Source: a virus
Taxonomy: Duplodnaviria > Caudoviricetes
IMG/VR virus record: IMGVR_UViG_3300025849_000101
Coordinates: 1 to 35,824 of that record
Length of the DNA stretch: 35,824 bases
Strand: one strand, 5' to 3'
Every line of letters begins with the position of its first letter. The stretch's first letter is position 1. Below the pieces are notes generated by a model. It ran no database searches and was not told the origin of the DNA. It saw nothing but the letters and a program-made list of their open reading frames with translations. Below are positions 9,105-17,426 of this stretch, piece after piece. The position numbers and the translations under genes were made by a program.

Positions 9105-9674
9105 CTACGCATTTATTATTGTATTTAGCCCTGTAACCCATTCATCAAAGGTTACCCGTTTGCGTGTATAGTTTCCTTTCGTACTGAGAGGCATTGACAT
9201 CCTTAAATCTTGCCACTCTTCAAACAACTCTTTAGATTTAGCTAGGTTTCCTTTATATGCGTGATATCTAGCCTTATCTCTAATATTATTAGGAACTTTC
9301 CAAACTAAATGCCTTTCAGCATTTCTTACTTTGTCTACTGGCGGCCTTATAGTAGGGTCTTTATATTGTCCTACTAGTGCGCCGTCCTTGTAATTAGGAT
9401 TATTTTTGCCAGAAAGATCATAATCAGCTTGATGCTGTTCAGTAAGTAGCGAAGCGGCTCCTGCATCCCTTGTATTGCCTAATTCGATATTATCAAGTAT
9501 CCACTGAGGAGGCGAGCACCATTCTAACAAAGTTGTTAAGTGGCGTTCAAAGTATTCCCAATGAACTTTAGCATGTACTTCTCTAGGTATATAAACTGTA
9601 TTATCAGGATGGTCAGGATTAATACCTAGTTGTTTACATTTGTATCTTTGAATAATATGATGTTTATGAAGCAT
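9105..9674 (-). CDS. HNH homing endonuclease-like protein
   Basis: HKHHII...DN...EVHAKVH HNH core and SGKNNPNYKDG NUMOD-like motif; likely start MLHKHH at 9674. Confidence 0.75.
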   Translation of the reverse strand: MLHKHHIIQRYKCKQLGINPDHPDNTVYIPREVHAKVHWEYFERHLTTLLEWCSPPQWILDNIELGNTRDAGAASLLTEQHQADYDLSGKNNPNYKDGALVGQYKDPTIRPPVDKVRNAERHLVWKVPNNIRDKARYHAYKGNLAKSKELFEEWQDLRMSMPLSTKGNYTRKRVTFDEWVTGLNTIINA

Positions 9675-10371
9675 GTTGCTCATAATATGTATACACTCTG
9701 TTATACCATTCGTTGCGCCATTCGTCATACTCATGCGGCCATACATCAAACTGTTGATATGTTTCACCACCTAGCAACATTCCGTCATCTCCGCGACTAC
9801 ACATAAAGATATGTCCTTCACGTATGTTTGTGCCGTATACTTCGTTATGTGCTTCTGCGTATGCTACTAGCTGTAGGAAGTAATTCTGTACATACTCTAA
9901 CTTCTTAGGCTTGTTGGTTTGTTTAAAATCCATAATACAAGGTTGCCCTTTGTATTGTCCTACTAAGTCAGTAGTGCCAGCATACATCTGCGGAACATAA
10001 AGAGCAACTTCACTACCCCATATTTCATCTACATCTACAAGAGCGTTATCTCGTACTTGCGTTGCCATTGCATGTGCTTTCTTAGCAAATGGATTGCTAC
10101 CTGGAGTAGGCCATTCGCCAAACTCTACATAGTCTTCCAAATACTTGTGCATCCTTGTGCCTACGCCTGCGGCTTCAGTTACGACTTCTTGTGCTTTCTT
10201 TTCGCCTACACGTTTGCGCCAGGCAATAAGTCCTGACTTGTCGCTAGTGGCGTCTAAGATTGTTGTAACGCTTGCTACAGCGTTCCCATCAGGTGTTAGG
10301 TACTTGCGTTTACCGTCTACGTTTTTACGTGAAATTGGTTTGTAATCATACTTCGTTGTTATTAAGCTCAA
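9664..10371 (-). CDS. PD-(D/E)XK (Cas4/YqaJ-like) exonuclease
   Basis: SVTTIL, GTRMH, GTTD, DFK, QLVAY motifs; TTG start. Confidence 0.88.
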   Translation of the reverse strand: MSLITTKYDYKPISRKNVDGKRKYLTPDGNAVASVTTILDATSDKSGLIAWRKRVGEKKAQEVVTEAAGVGTRMHKYLEDYVEFGEWPTPGSNPFAKKAHAMATQVRDNALVDVDEIWGSEVALYVPQMYAGTTDLVGQYKGQPCIMDFKQTNKPKKLEYVQNYFLQLVAYAEAHNEVYGTNIREGHIFMCSRGDDGMLLGGETYQQFDVWPHEYDEWRNEWYNRVYTYYEQHAS

Positions 10372-10396
10372 TGTGTTCTTCCTATACGTTACATAT

Positions 10397-10425
10397 AGTA
10401 TAGTACCTAATTACCTAGTTGTCAA
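10397..10425 (-). promoter_or_regulatory. sigma70-type promoter before the exonuclease
   Basis: TTGACA-N17-TATACT. Confidence 0.75.
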
Positions 10426-10431
10426 GTATTT

Positions 10432-10818
10432 TTATAAGTCTTTTAAGTCTGTTGCTGACTTAGCCATATTGCTTACTGTGTTGCTGTTGCCTGCATCTGT
10501 AGATACATCATCACCATCGTCTAATTCATTTTTAGTTTTAGGTTCAATTCCGTACTTACTAAAGTTCTTTACCATTGACTTTACTCTAGCATCAGTATCG
10601 TATGCAGCTTTAAAGGTACCAAAGTCAAATGCTTCCGCGTCTACATTTTGCATTAGTTTGTTTAAGTCAAGATTCTTAGCACCGCTTTTAATTGCTTCTT
10701 TATTTGGTTTATTGAAGTGTAAAAAGACAGCATGGCCGTTCTGATCGGCACTAGCGATTACCGTTCTTAAAACTTGTACTAGTTTCACTGAAGGAAGATC
10801 TCCTTCAGCTTCAATTAC
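10432..10818 (-). CDS. hypothetical head-associated protein, probably the -1 frameshift extension of the upstream core protein
   Basis: Frame is open from the A9G run (VIEAEGDLPSVKLVQV...); the annotated GTG at 10788 has its SD buried in a hairpin. Confidence 0.7.
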   Translation of the reverse strand, partial: VIEAEGDLPSVKLVQVLRTVIASADQNGHAVFLHFNKPNKEAIKSGAKNLDLNKLMQNVDAEAFDFGTFKAAYDTDARVKSMVKNFSKYGIEPKTKNELDDGDDVSTDAGNSNTVSNMAKSATDLKDL

Positions 10819-10824
10819 TTTTTT
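10788..10824 (-). promoter_or_regulatory. putative -1 programmed ribosomal frameshift cassette
   Basis: In-frame A_AAA_AAG, then TAA, 8-9 nt spacer, stem CTGAAGGA/TCCTTCAG. Confidence 0.7.
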
Positions 10825-11855
10825 TTTGAAAGGATTCCCGCCAATCTGCGGGCCTTGTCGCTTATTTCAGCTAACTTTTTTTTTGAGCGTTGTACACTCT
10901 CACGCTTTTCACGTCCGGCTTCTTCTTCGCCGCCCATAGCTGCGTCAGCTGCTGCAAATGCATCATCTTCAGCTGGTGCATCTGGATCCGTCATTGGATC
11001 TTCCATGTCAACTGTTGGTTCCATTGCTGCATCATCGCCCATCATTGGTGCATCGCCTTCACCTGTTAGCATGCCAACACCGCCTGTTAGTGCAATACGT
11101 GTTTGCTCCATTGCTGTGTATAGTGCTTCAAGTGATGGTTTAACTGCCGCTGTAAATGCTTCTGACTTTTCGCTACCCATTTCATCGCGGATAGCATCTG
11201 CTAGTTCTAGCATTGATTCACTTTGCATTTCTGCTGTGTCTTCCATCCAACCAGTTAATCTATCAACCATGTCTTTAGAAGCCATTACTAGTTCAGCTTG
11301 ATCTTCTGCACCTTCTTTAAGTGTACCTTCGTTCATTTTTTTATACTCAGATTCTTTAACCCAGCAACTTAGTGTTGGATCATTGCAATCATTTTTACAA
11401 TCAGTTGTTGCTTTACCAAACTCATCACCACACTCTTTACATACAGCTTTTTCTGTTAGTGATTCGTTAGCTTTCTTTTTAAACTGTGGAGGTACTTCGC
11501 CTTTTTTAGGCTTCTTGCCTTTTGGCTTTTCAGCGTTGTCGTCTTCGCCGTCTTTCTTGTCTGCCCAGTCTGGAACTCCGTCGCCGTCTGCATCTGGCTT
11601 TTTATCTGCTTCATTAATTGCAGCATTCAAAACATCAAGGAAGAGTTTTGATTTTTGATAGCTTTCACTAGTATGGACGCTGTCAAAACTTTCATTTGTC
11701 TCGACTTGACTTAATTTGGTTCTGATTCTGTTACGAGCATCTTCAAGTTGCTCTAATGTAAAGTTTTCTAGCTTGATCTTGCTTCCAAACTTCTTAGCAA
11801 GGCTTTCGTTTAAGCTCTTTGCCGTTACGGGTTTTGATATCTCATGTATGTTCAT
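10815..11855 (-). CDS. prohead core/scaffold-like internal head protein
   Basis: Acidic, coiled-coil, many L/I/M-x-E sites (LNE-S, INE-A, LTE-K, LKE-G) resembling T4 gp21 cleavage sites; late promoter at 11891-11897. Confidence 0.6.
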   Translation of the reverse strand: MNIHEISKPVTAKSLNESLAKKFGSKIKLENFTLEQLEDARNRIRTKLSQVETNESFDSVHTSESYQKSKLFLDVLNAAINEADKKPDADGDGVPDWADKKDGEDDNAEKPKGKKPKKGEVPPQFKKKANESLTEKAVCKECGDEFGKATTDCKNDCNDPTLSCWVKESEYKKMNEGTLKEGAEDQAELVMASKDMVDRLTGWMEDTAEMQSESMLELADAIRDEMGSEKSEAFTAAVKPSLEALYTAMEQTRIALTGGVGMLTGEGDAPMMGDDAAMEPTVDMEDPMTDPDAPAEDDAFAAADAAMGGEEEAGREKRESVQRSKKKLAEISDKARRLAGILSKKK

Positions 11856-11903
11856 TACATCTCTTCCTAATGCATTAAGTGTATTATAGTTATTTATGCC
11901 TTA

Positions 11904-12326
11904 CTAAACATAAATGTATTTATCTAACTGTTCTTTGGCGTGGCAAGTTTTGTCTTTAGCTATTTCATACCTATTTGATATAACATCATACCTAAAATCG
12001 TCCTTTGTCAATCGCATAGAATGCTTGTAAAATACGCAATCATTGTACCATTTTTGTATATCCTTGTCAATAGACAGTATACTTTGGGTTTTATCGTGTC
12101 CTTGTGCTAAATTTTTAGCAATAGCAACGGCACTTGACTTGCAAAAAGCTTCTGTTACTAACTTGTTATCTTGACAATCGTATACTTTATAGTAACCACG
12201 TTTGTTACATCGCACAACAAACGAGCCAATGCGAATACTATTTCCCTTTTGATAAGGAAACATGCTGGGATCGACAGTATCGTTAACTAGTTCTTCTAGT
12301 TCTTTAACTAATTTTTCAGGGTACAT
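11904..12326 (-). CDS. hypothetical protein
   Basis: 140-aa ORF in a late operon. Confidence 0.7.
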   Translation of the reverse strand: MYPEKLVKELEELVNDTVDPSMFPYQKGNSIRIGSFVVRCNKRGYYKVYDCQDNKLVTEAFCKSSAVAIAKNLAQGHDKTQSILSIDKDIQKWYNDCVFYKHSMRLTKDDFRYDVISNRYEIAKDKTCHAKEQLDKYIYV

Positions 12327-12519
12327 TTCTCACAACTACAGTTTGACTATTCAGTGCTACTTTACTTACCATACTCTTTCTTACAAGGTTTTCAATAACG
12401 AATTTTTCTCGTTCAGTAAACAAGCTCAGAGGTGTGGTTTTTTCTAGCTTATCTAGAATAGCACTTTCCTCGTTTGTTACTTGTATAGTAAACGACTTTA
12501 TTAATTCATTCATCTTCAT
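12316..12519 (-). CDS. small hypothetical protein (possible winged-helix-like)
   Basis: MKMNEL start; ERE..VIENLVRK pattern. Confidence 0.65.
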   Translation of the reverse strand: MKMNELIKSFTIQVTNEESAILDKLEKTTPLSLFTEREKFVIENLVRKSMVSKVALNSQTVVVRNVP

Positions 12520-12761
12520 GTGGTTTTATTAGGTTTAACCGTTTGTCCTACTCTTATTGTAGGCTTTTTAGGTTTTGAACCATTCATACTACTGTTGCCT
12601 GTATCTTTATTAACAGATACAGAACCATCTGAATTTGTTGCAATAACGTCTTTGTTCTTAGTTGTGTCTACAGTTAGTTCGGTGCCGTCACCCTGATCGA
12701 TAGTAACTTTATTACCTTGGACTCTACTAACTCTTTGGTTTGTAATTTCTGTAATTTTCAT
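12516..12761 (-). CDS. small hypothetical protein, putative internal head protein
   Basis: MKITEI start; ATGA-coupled. Confidence 0.65.
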   Translation of the reverse strand: MKITEITNQRVSRVQGNKVTIDQGDGTELTVDTTKNKDVIATNSDGSVSVNKDTGNSSMNGSKPKKPTIRVGQTVKPNKTT

Positions 12762-13060
12762 CGAACTTTTCTCCTGCTTGTCTTTTTTGGTTTAACAGAT
12801 TTATTTAATCTGATATTTCTATTAGAAGCAGGGTTTGATTTCTTAGCAATCCTGCTTTTAAATTTCATTGTTGGCGCTTTGGTGCTACGTGTTTGTTTAA
12901 ATGATTTGCTTTTACTTACATTTAACGGTTTGTTACACGCCGCCGGTGATGCCATTACTCTTCCTTTACGAACACCTGAAGTACATCTGTACTTACGTAC
13001 ACTTGACTTACCACTTTTACTCCATACTTGAGTAGCTTCAATGAGTTCTCTTATAAACAT
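12758..13060 (-). CDS. basic putative internal head protein, paralog A
   Basis: MFIRELIEA; QVW..RKYRC..G.R.GR......C; K/R-rich. Confidence 0.7.
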   Translation of the reverse strand: MFIRELIEATQVWSKSGKSSVRKYRCTSGVRKGRVMASPAACNKPLNVSKSKSFKQTRSTKAPTMKFKSRIAKKSNPASNRNIRLNKSVKPKKTSRRKVR

Positions 13061-13061
13061 T

Positions 13062-13364
13062 CTATTTTGACTTTCTCTTTGCCATTTTGTTTAATCGATT
13101 TACTCTTATCGAAGCTGGATTAGTACGCTTGGTTCTTTTGGTCTTCTTTGCAATTCTTGACCCTAGCTTTGCCTTCATAATTTTCATTCTTGCACGTTTC
13201 TTAGCATCTGGTGCAGCATAGCATTGTGCCATTTTAGCAACAATACGTCCATGACGTCTTCCGCCATGACATCTGTACTTGCGTACAACTTCTTTGCCGC
13301 GGCGAGCCCATACTTGCTTTTCTTCTACGGATTCGGGGTCGATGTAAAGTTCTCTTAATAACAT
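13062..13364 (-). CDS. basic putative internal head protein, paralog B
   Basis: MLLREL; same QVW/RKYRC/GR motif and NPAS; late promoter at 13369-13375. Confidence 0.7.
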   Translation of the reverse strand: MLLRELYIDPESVEEKQVWARRGKEVVRKYRCHGGRRHGRIVAKMAQCYAAPDAKKRARMKIMKAKLGSRIAKKTKRTKRTNPASIRVNRLNKMAKRKSK

Positions 13365-13382
13365 ATAGTTATTTAGCGAGAA

Positions 13383-13622
13383 TTACATTTGCAATAAAAT
13401 AACGATTATTGTGGAAAGTAGTCCTGCAACGATAGTACCTGCTGTACCAATAAGGACTTTGGTCATTGACTTTTGACCTTCTGTTATATCTTTATGGATA
13501 TGGTCAATTTTTTCTTCAACATTAGTAAGACGTTGATCTAACTGCTCATAACGAAGAGCGCATAAATCTACGTGTGCTTCTAGGTTTTCTTTTTCTAAAG
13601 TTGATTGAGCGGCAATAGCCAT
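13383..13622 (-). CDS. coiled-coil protein with C-terminal TM helix (holin-like topology)
   Basis: LEAHVDLCALRY coiled coil and hydrophobic C-terminus. Confidence 0.65.
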   Translation of the reverse strand: MAIAAQSTLEKENLEAHVDLCALRYEQLDQRLTNVEEKIDHIHKDITEGQKSMTKVLIGTAGTIVAGLLSTIIVILLQM

Positions 13623-13712
13623 ATAATTTCTCCGTTAAGTAAACTCATTCGTTAGCCTTGTAGTGGGGTTATTATATGCCTAATGTAGTGAAGTTTTATT
13701 TCTGCTACAAAG

Positions 13713-14102
13713 TTATTTATCACTTTGATAGAAAATAATATTGGTTAATGTAGGATTTTTGGAAGTGATAAACATATTTTTATCAGATACAAAGGTTTCT
13801 TCTAAACCAAGTATAATGGGTACATATTCAAAATCATCTATCATAAAGTCAACACTTGTTGATGCTTCAGCTTCTACAAAGAAGTTTATAGTCCATACTT
13901 TGTGTTTACCTTTATACTTAGATCCAAAGTCTTTGCATGTTTCAGTTTCAATACTAATATTAAAGTCACTTGGATTAGTTCTAAGTCCTATAGTGTTATA
14001 TAATGTATTAAAATTATCTTGTTGGTTTACTAGTTTTTTCTCTTGTCCTTTACGGGCATTAGTTTCAGTTACGTCAACTAGTGTTTTGATTTGGAATTTC
14101 AT
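13713..14102 (-). CDS. conserved phage hypothetical protein
   Basis: Likely start MKFQIKTLVDVT; late-promoter core just upstream. Confidence 0.7.
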   Translation of the reverse strand: MKFQIKTLVDVTETNARKGQEKKLVNQQDNFNTLYNTIGLRTNPSDFNISIETETCKDFGSKYKGKHKVWTINFFVEAEASTSVDFMIDDFEYVPIILGLEETFVSDKNMFITSKNPTLTNIIFYQSDK

Positions 14103-14118
14103 ACAGTATTTAAGCCAT

Positions 14119-14149
14119 AAAAAAAGAGCCACTTAAAAAGTGGCTCTTT
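14119..14149 (-). terminator. intrinsic terminator
   Basis: AAAGAGCCACTT-TTT-AAGTGGCTCTTT followed by a T run. Confidence 0.8.
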
Positions 14150-14205
14150 AGTGTGACGCCTGCCATTACGGCCATAATCACGGTTCCTAAGGTAAAGGAA
14201 TTATT

Positions 14206-14535
14206 TTAGTCTACAAATTCGCAAACAATAGCCATTGTTACGCCTGTTACACCACGGTAGTCTGCGCCTGCTGTTACAGTGCCTGTACCTTGTAGTGCTA
14301 CGTGTACAACGTCAGTTACGCCTGCTTCAAAAGCTGAAATACCTGCAATGCTCATTGCATCGTCTGTTCCTGCAACTCCGCCTGTTGCGATTGCTTGTAC
14401 TGCTGAGTCTAGTTCTGCTTGTGAGATATCAGTTTTAGATAAACTAATGATCTGTGTGCGTGGGCCTAAGCCGTTGCCTGCTTTTGCGTTATAATTGTCG
14501 ACGCCTGCAATTGCGCCAAATCCTGGTCCTGCCAT
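14206..14535 (-). CDS. small Ala/Gly-rich virion protein (decoration-like)
   Basis: Own late promoter, hairpin leader, strong AGGAG SD, own terminator. Confidence 0.65.
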   Translation of the reverse strand: MAGPGFGAIAGVDNYNAKAGNGLGPRTQIISLSKTDISQAELDSAVQAIATGGVAGTDDAMSIAGISAFEAGVTDVVHVALQGTGTVTAGADYRGVTGVTMAIVCEFVD

Positions 14536-14619
14536 GTTATTCTCCTATGTTTTCTCTATGACACATCTTCACGCTCAGTGAAGTTGTTATATGTATTTAG
14601 TCTTTTTGTAAATTTTTGC

Positions 14620-14946
14620 TTATTTTCGGCTGTTTTTAGCTCGTTTGTGTAGCTGTTTTAGCTGTGATATGTATGCTGTGCCACCGTTTACTATATCATC
14701 TATCATTTCAACAATAGGAACATATCCTTTTACATACTGATTAGGTGGCGTTTTGCCTTCTTCTGCCATCTCAACAAACTTAGTAGCTCTCATAGCATTT
14801 TCAAGGCCAACAAGGTATGCATAAAGGGCTACACGCTTTTCTTTTGACAAACGTTCTATTCTGCGTCCGCGGATATCTGCCCACGCATTTTCGTCTATTT
14901 GACTGTCAACGAGTCCATCTTCATACATACCCTTAATAAAGTTCAT
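14620..14946 (-). CDS. hypothetical protein
   Basis: TAATG-coupled ORF. Confidence 0.7.
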   Translation of the reverse strand: MNFIKGMYEDGLVDSQIDENAWADIRGRRIERLSKEKRVALYAYLVGLENAMRATKFVEMAEEGKTPPNQYVKGYVPIVEMIDDIVNGGTAYISQLKQLHKRAKNSRK

Positions 14947-15392
14947 TACATTGCGTCTCTTGCTGCTTGGTCTGCTTTCATTGCATCCATTTCATCATCT
15001 GCTGCACTAGTAAACTCGTCGTCGCCTTCGTCATCTAATCCGCCGTCTGATTTATCACTAGCAATATCTTTTTGTGTTGCAGATATCTTTTCTGCATAAG
15101 CTAATAGTTTCTTTACTATGTTAGGAGTTGTTCCTGTTTTTTTACATAGTTCTTCTAAAGTTCTTGAACCAAACGTTGCACCAAAGTTAGTAAGTTCATT
15201 ACCAACCTTTGCCATCATATTTGACAATGCATCATCTTTAGTTGTTGCAGCTTGATCCATTAAGATTCTGCCATAGTTGGCTAGTTTCTTTTGCTGAGGT
15301 GATATCTCTGCTTCCTGTTGTACTTCGTCGCCTAAAACACTTTCAGTAATCTTATCTAAGTGTGTTTCAAACTCTTTCATATAGTCTGTCAT
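14946..15392 (-). CDS. acidic hypothetical protein, putative internal head protein
   Basis: GGAG SD; ITE-S cleavage-like site. Confidence 0.65.
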   Translation of the reverse strand: MTDYMKEFETHLDKITESVLGDEVQQEAEISPQQKKLANYGRILMDQAATTKDDALSNMMAKVGNELTNFGATFGSRTLEELCKKTGTTPNIVKKLLAYAEKISATQKDIASDKSDGGLDDEGDDEFTSAADDEMDAMKADQAARDAM

Positions 15393-15403
15393 GGTATTTC
15401 TCC

Positions 15404-16549
15404 TTATCTCTGTACAGCTCTGTTTGCTTTAGTAAAAAACTCTCTTGGTACTAGTTTAATATCACCTTCTGGATGAGCTAGTACATATCCTTCTCCTCCA
15501 TCTCCCATACCTGGAATGTTGGATTTAACTGTTTGATCATGTGAGTCAAACTGTTGTATGATACTGTCCTTTACTACCATTAGTGCTGTTACGGTCTCCC
15601 ACATTGCACCAAATGCTTGTTGATGTTGACCGATGTATTCAATTATTTTATCTTTCTTCTTTTGCGAAAGTTGCTTTCTTGCTTGTATCCATTGAGCAAA
15701 GTCTTTACCTAGGTTGTTTAATCCTGTGTCTACTTTACTGTTTGTATATGCATATAGTATTTTAGCAAAGTCACTTAGTTGCATCTGCTTTAGTGACTCC
15801 ATATTTAATAGCTCGTCAATGCCTTGGGCATTCTTTTTAACTAGCTGTTCTAGTTTTTCTAGTTGTTCGTTGTCTACTTCTGCCGGACGTTCTACAGTAA
15901 CCGGAGGAACTACTAATACCTCAGAACCTAGGAAGATGTCATCAGTTTTTAGTGGACCTTCATTACCGGTTGCATCAACCATTCTGTGTACCACAACTCC
16001 TGTTTTACTCTGTCCAATACGTTTACCTAAGTCACTGTTTACATCTACAGCATATTCAACTACATTTGGTTTAAACACATAGTTGCTGTCTTGTACTTGC
16101 GGAGTGTTATAATATAACAAGTCACCTTTGAAGTAACCTCTAAAGGTAGTCGGTACAGCCCTTTCGTACATAGGAAAGATATTTTTCATTTTGCCAGCGA
16201 ATGCTACATAGCTTGGGTTTTCTCTATTCTTTCCGCCGCTTCTGTTAAGAAACATTTGTTCAAGATCGTTTCCGGTTTTGCTTCTGCCGTCATACCCTTT
16301 TGCTGTAAATCCGCTTTTGTCTGTAAGTATAAACTCTCCATCCTCATCACGGCCAAAAATGATTGCGGGAGATCCGTCCCATTTAAGTGTGACATCTTTA
16401 TGCGAGTCTCCTTCTAGGTTCTTTAGAGCTTCTACAGCTCTCATTGCGCCTCTGCTACCTTCCCAGAACACAATATCTTCTGCATGATCAATACGAGCTG
16501 CTTCAGTTAAAGGACGTTTATTAATTTGTTTAAATTCATTAAACCTCAT
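15404..16549 (-). CDS. ATP-dependent ligase-fold protein (DUF6267-like)
   Basis: KWDG (motif I KxDG), GD(L), EGYV (motif IV), IKLV (motif V); MRFNEF...LTE-A N-terminus. Confidence 0.7.
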   Translation of the reverse strand: MRFNEFKQINKRPLTEAARIDHAEDIVFWEGSRGAMRAVEALKNLEGDSHKDVTLKWDGSPAIIFGRDEDGEFILTDKSGFTAKGYDGRSKTGNDLEQMFLNRSGGKNRENPSYVAFAGKMKNIFPMYERAVPTTFRGYFKGDLLYYNTPQVQDSNYVFKPNVVEYAVDVNSDLGKRIGQSKTGVVVHRMVDATGNEGPLKTDDIFLGSEVLVVPPVTVERPAEVDNEQLEKLEQLVKKNAQGIDELLNMESLKQMQLSDFAKILYAYTNSKVDTGLNNLGKDFAQWIQARKQLSQKKKDKIIEYIGQHQQAFGAMWETVTALMVVKDSIIQQFDSHDQTVKSNIPGMGDGGEGYVLAHPEGDIKLVPREFFTKANRAVQR

Positions 16550-17426
16550 ATTGTGTATATCCTGTTAACTGTTTAATTCTGTTTAACTGTTTGTCTGCTA
16601 GACTTTCTTGTGCTAGGTTTTTAATATCGTCTGGTGTGCCAATATCTTGAACTTGTCTATTTTTAGCAAATCCAGTCAGTATGTTGTTTACTAGTTCTGC
16701 TGGATAATTCTTTTCCATTGCAGCTTTTAGGCTTTCGTATGAGTTTAGGTCTTCTGGGCTGTTAAATTTAAGAGCCTTTGCAATGCCCTGTGCATCTTTA
16801 ATTGGATTACCTATAACATCATTTTTATTCTTTTTTGTATATCCTTGTCCGTTTGCTTTAGGAACAGGTGTGCGTTTGATACGTACAAGTCCGTCTGTGG
16901 GGCTCCACATCCAACGTTCGCTTTCTAATGGGCGGCCGTCTTCAATCTTTTCTTCACTGTCTTTACGATCAAGTACAGCACATATTGTTGCAATCATAAT
17001 ATTACGGAATACACCTTTGTACTTTGATTCTTTATCGCTTGGTGAATGATAATACGTTTTCATCCAACCTGGATCACCTGGCATAAAGTCAACTTGTACA
17101 AACCCTGTGCGTGGCTTAGTTGCTTGTTTGTTTTGATCGTAGTTTACAATCTTTACCTTTGTCATGATAACACTACTTTTAGCTATATCAAGTACTAACG
17201 GTGACGCCTCAATCTTTTTAACTAGTTCTGGAATTTCATCAGGTTTAACTTGAATAGCAACATCAATATCACCACTAAACTCTTTTTTGCCTACACTGCC
17301 AAGCACATTATTCTTTAGGTCAATACCTAAAGCTCTTTCTAGTGCATCAAGTGTTGGATTAATTTCATCAATATGAATTGGTCCTACACCTGGCATTGAA
17401 CCGCCTTCAAAAAGTTTATTGGTCAT
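16539..17426 (-). CDS. DNA pol-beta superfamily nucleotidyltransferase
   Basis: LGS...SGDID and downstream QVD third acidic residue. Confidence 0.75.
   Translation of the reverse strand: MTNKLFEGGSMPGVGPIHIDEINPTLDALERALGIDLKNNVLGSVGKKEFSGDIDVAIQVKPDEIPELVKKIEASPLVLDIAKSSVIMTKVKIVNYDQNKQATKPRTGFVQVDFMPGDPGWMKTYYHSPSDKESKYKGVFRNIMIATICAVLDRKDSEEKIEDGRPLESERWMWSPTDGLVRIKRTPVPKANGQGYTKKNKNDVIGNPIKDAQGIAKALKFNSPEDLNSYESLKAAMEKNYPAELVNNILTGFAKNRQVQDIGTPDDIKNLAQESLADKQLNRIKQLTGYTQYEV

Noticed and set aside
9675-9770. N-terminal extension of the HNH ORF in the track
   Set aside because: Lies inside the exonuclease gene; HNH motifs begin at MLHKHH (9674)
9664-10371. Cas4-like gene as part of a CRISPR system
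   Set aside because: No repeat-spacer array or other cas genes seen in the window; such solo nucleases are common in T4-like phages
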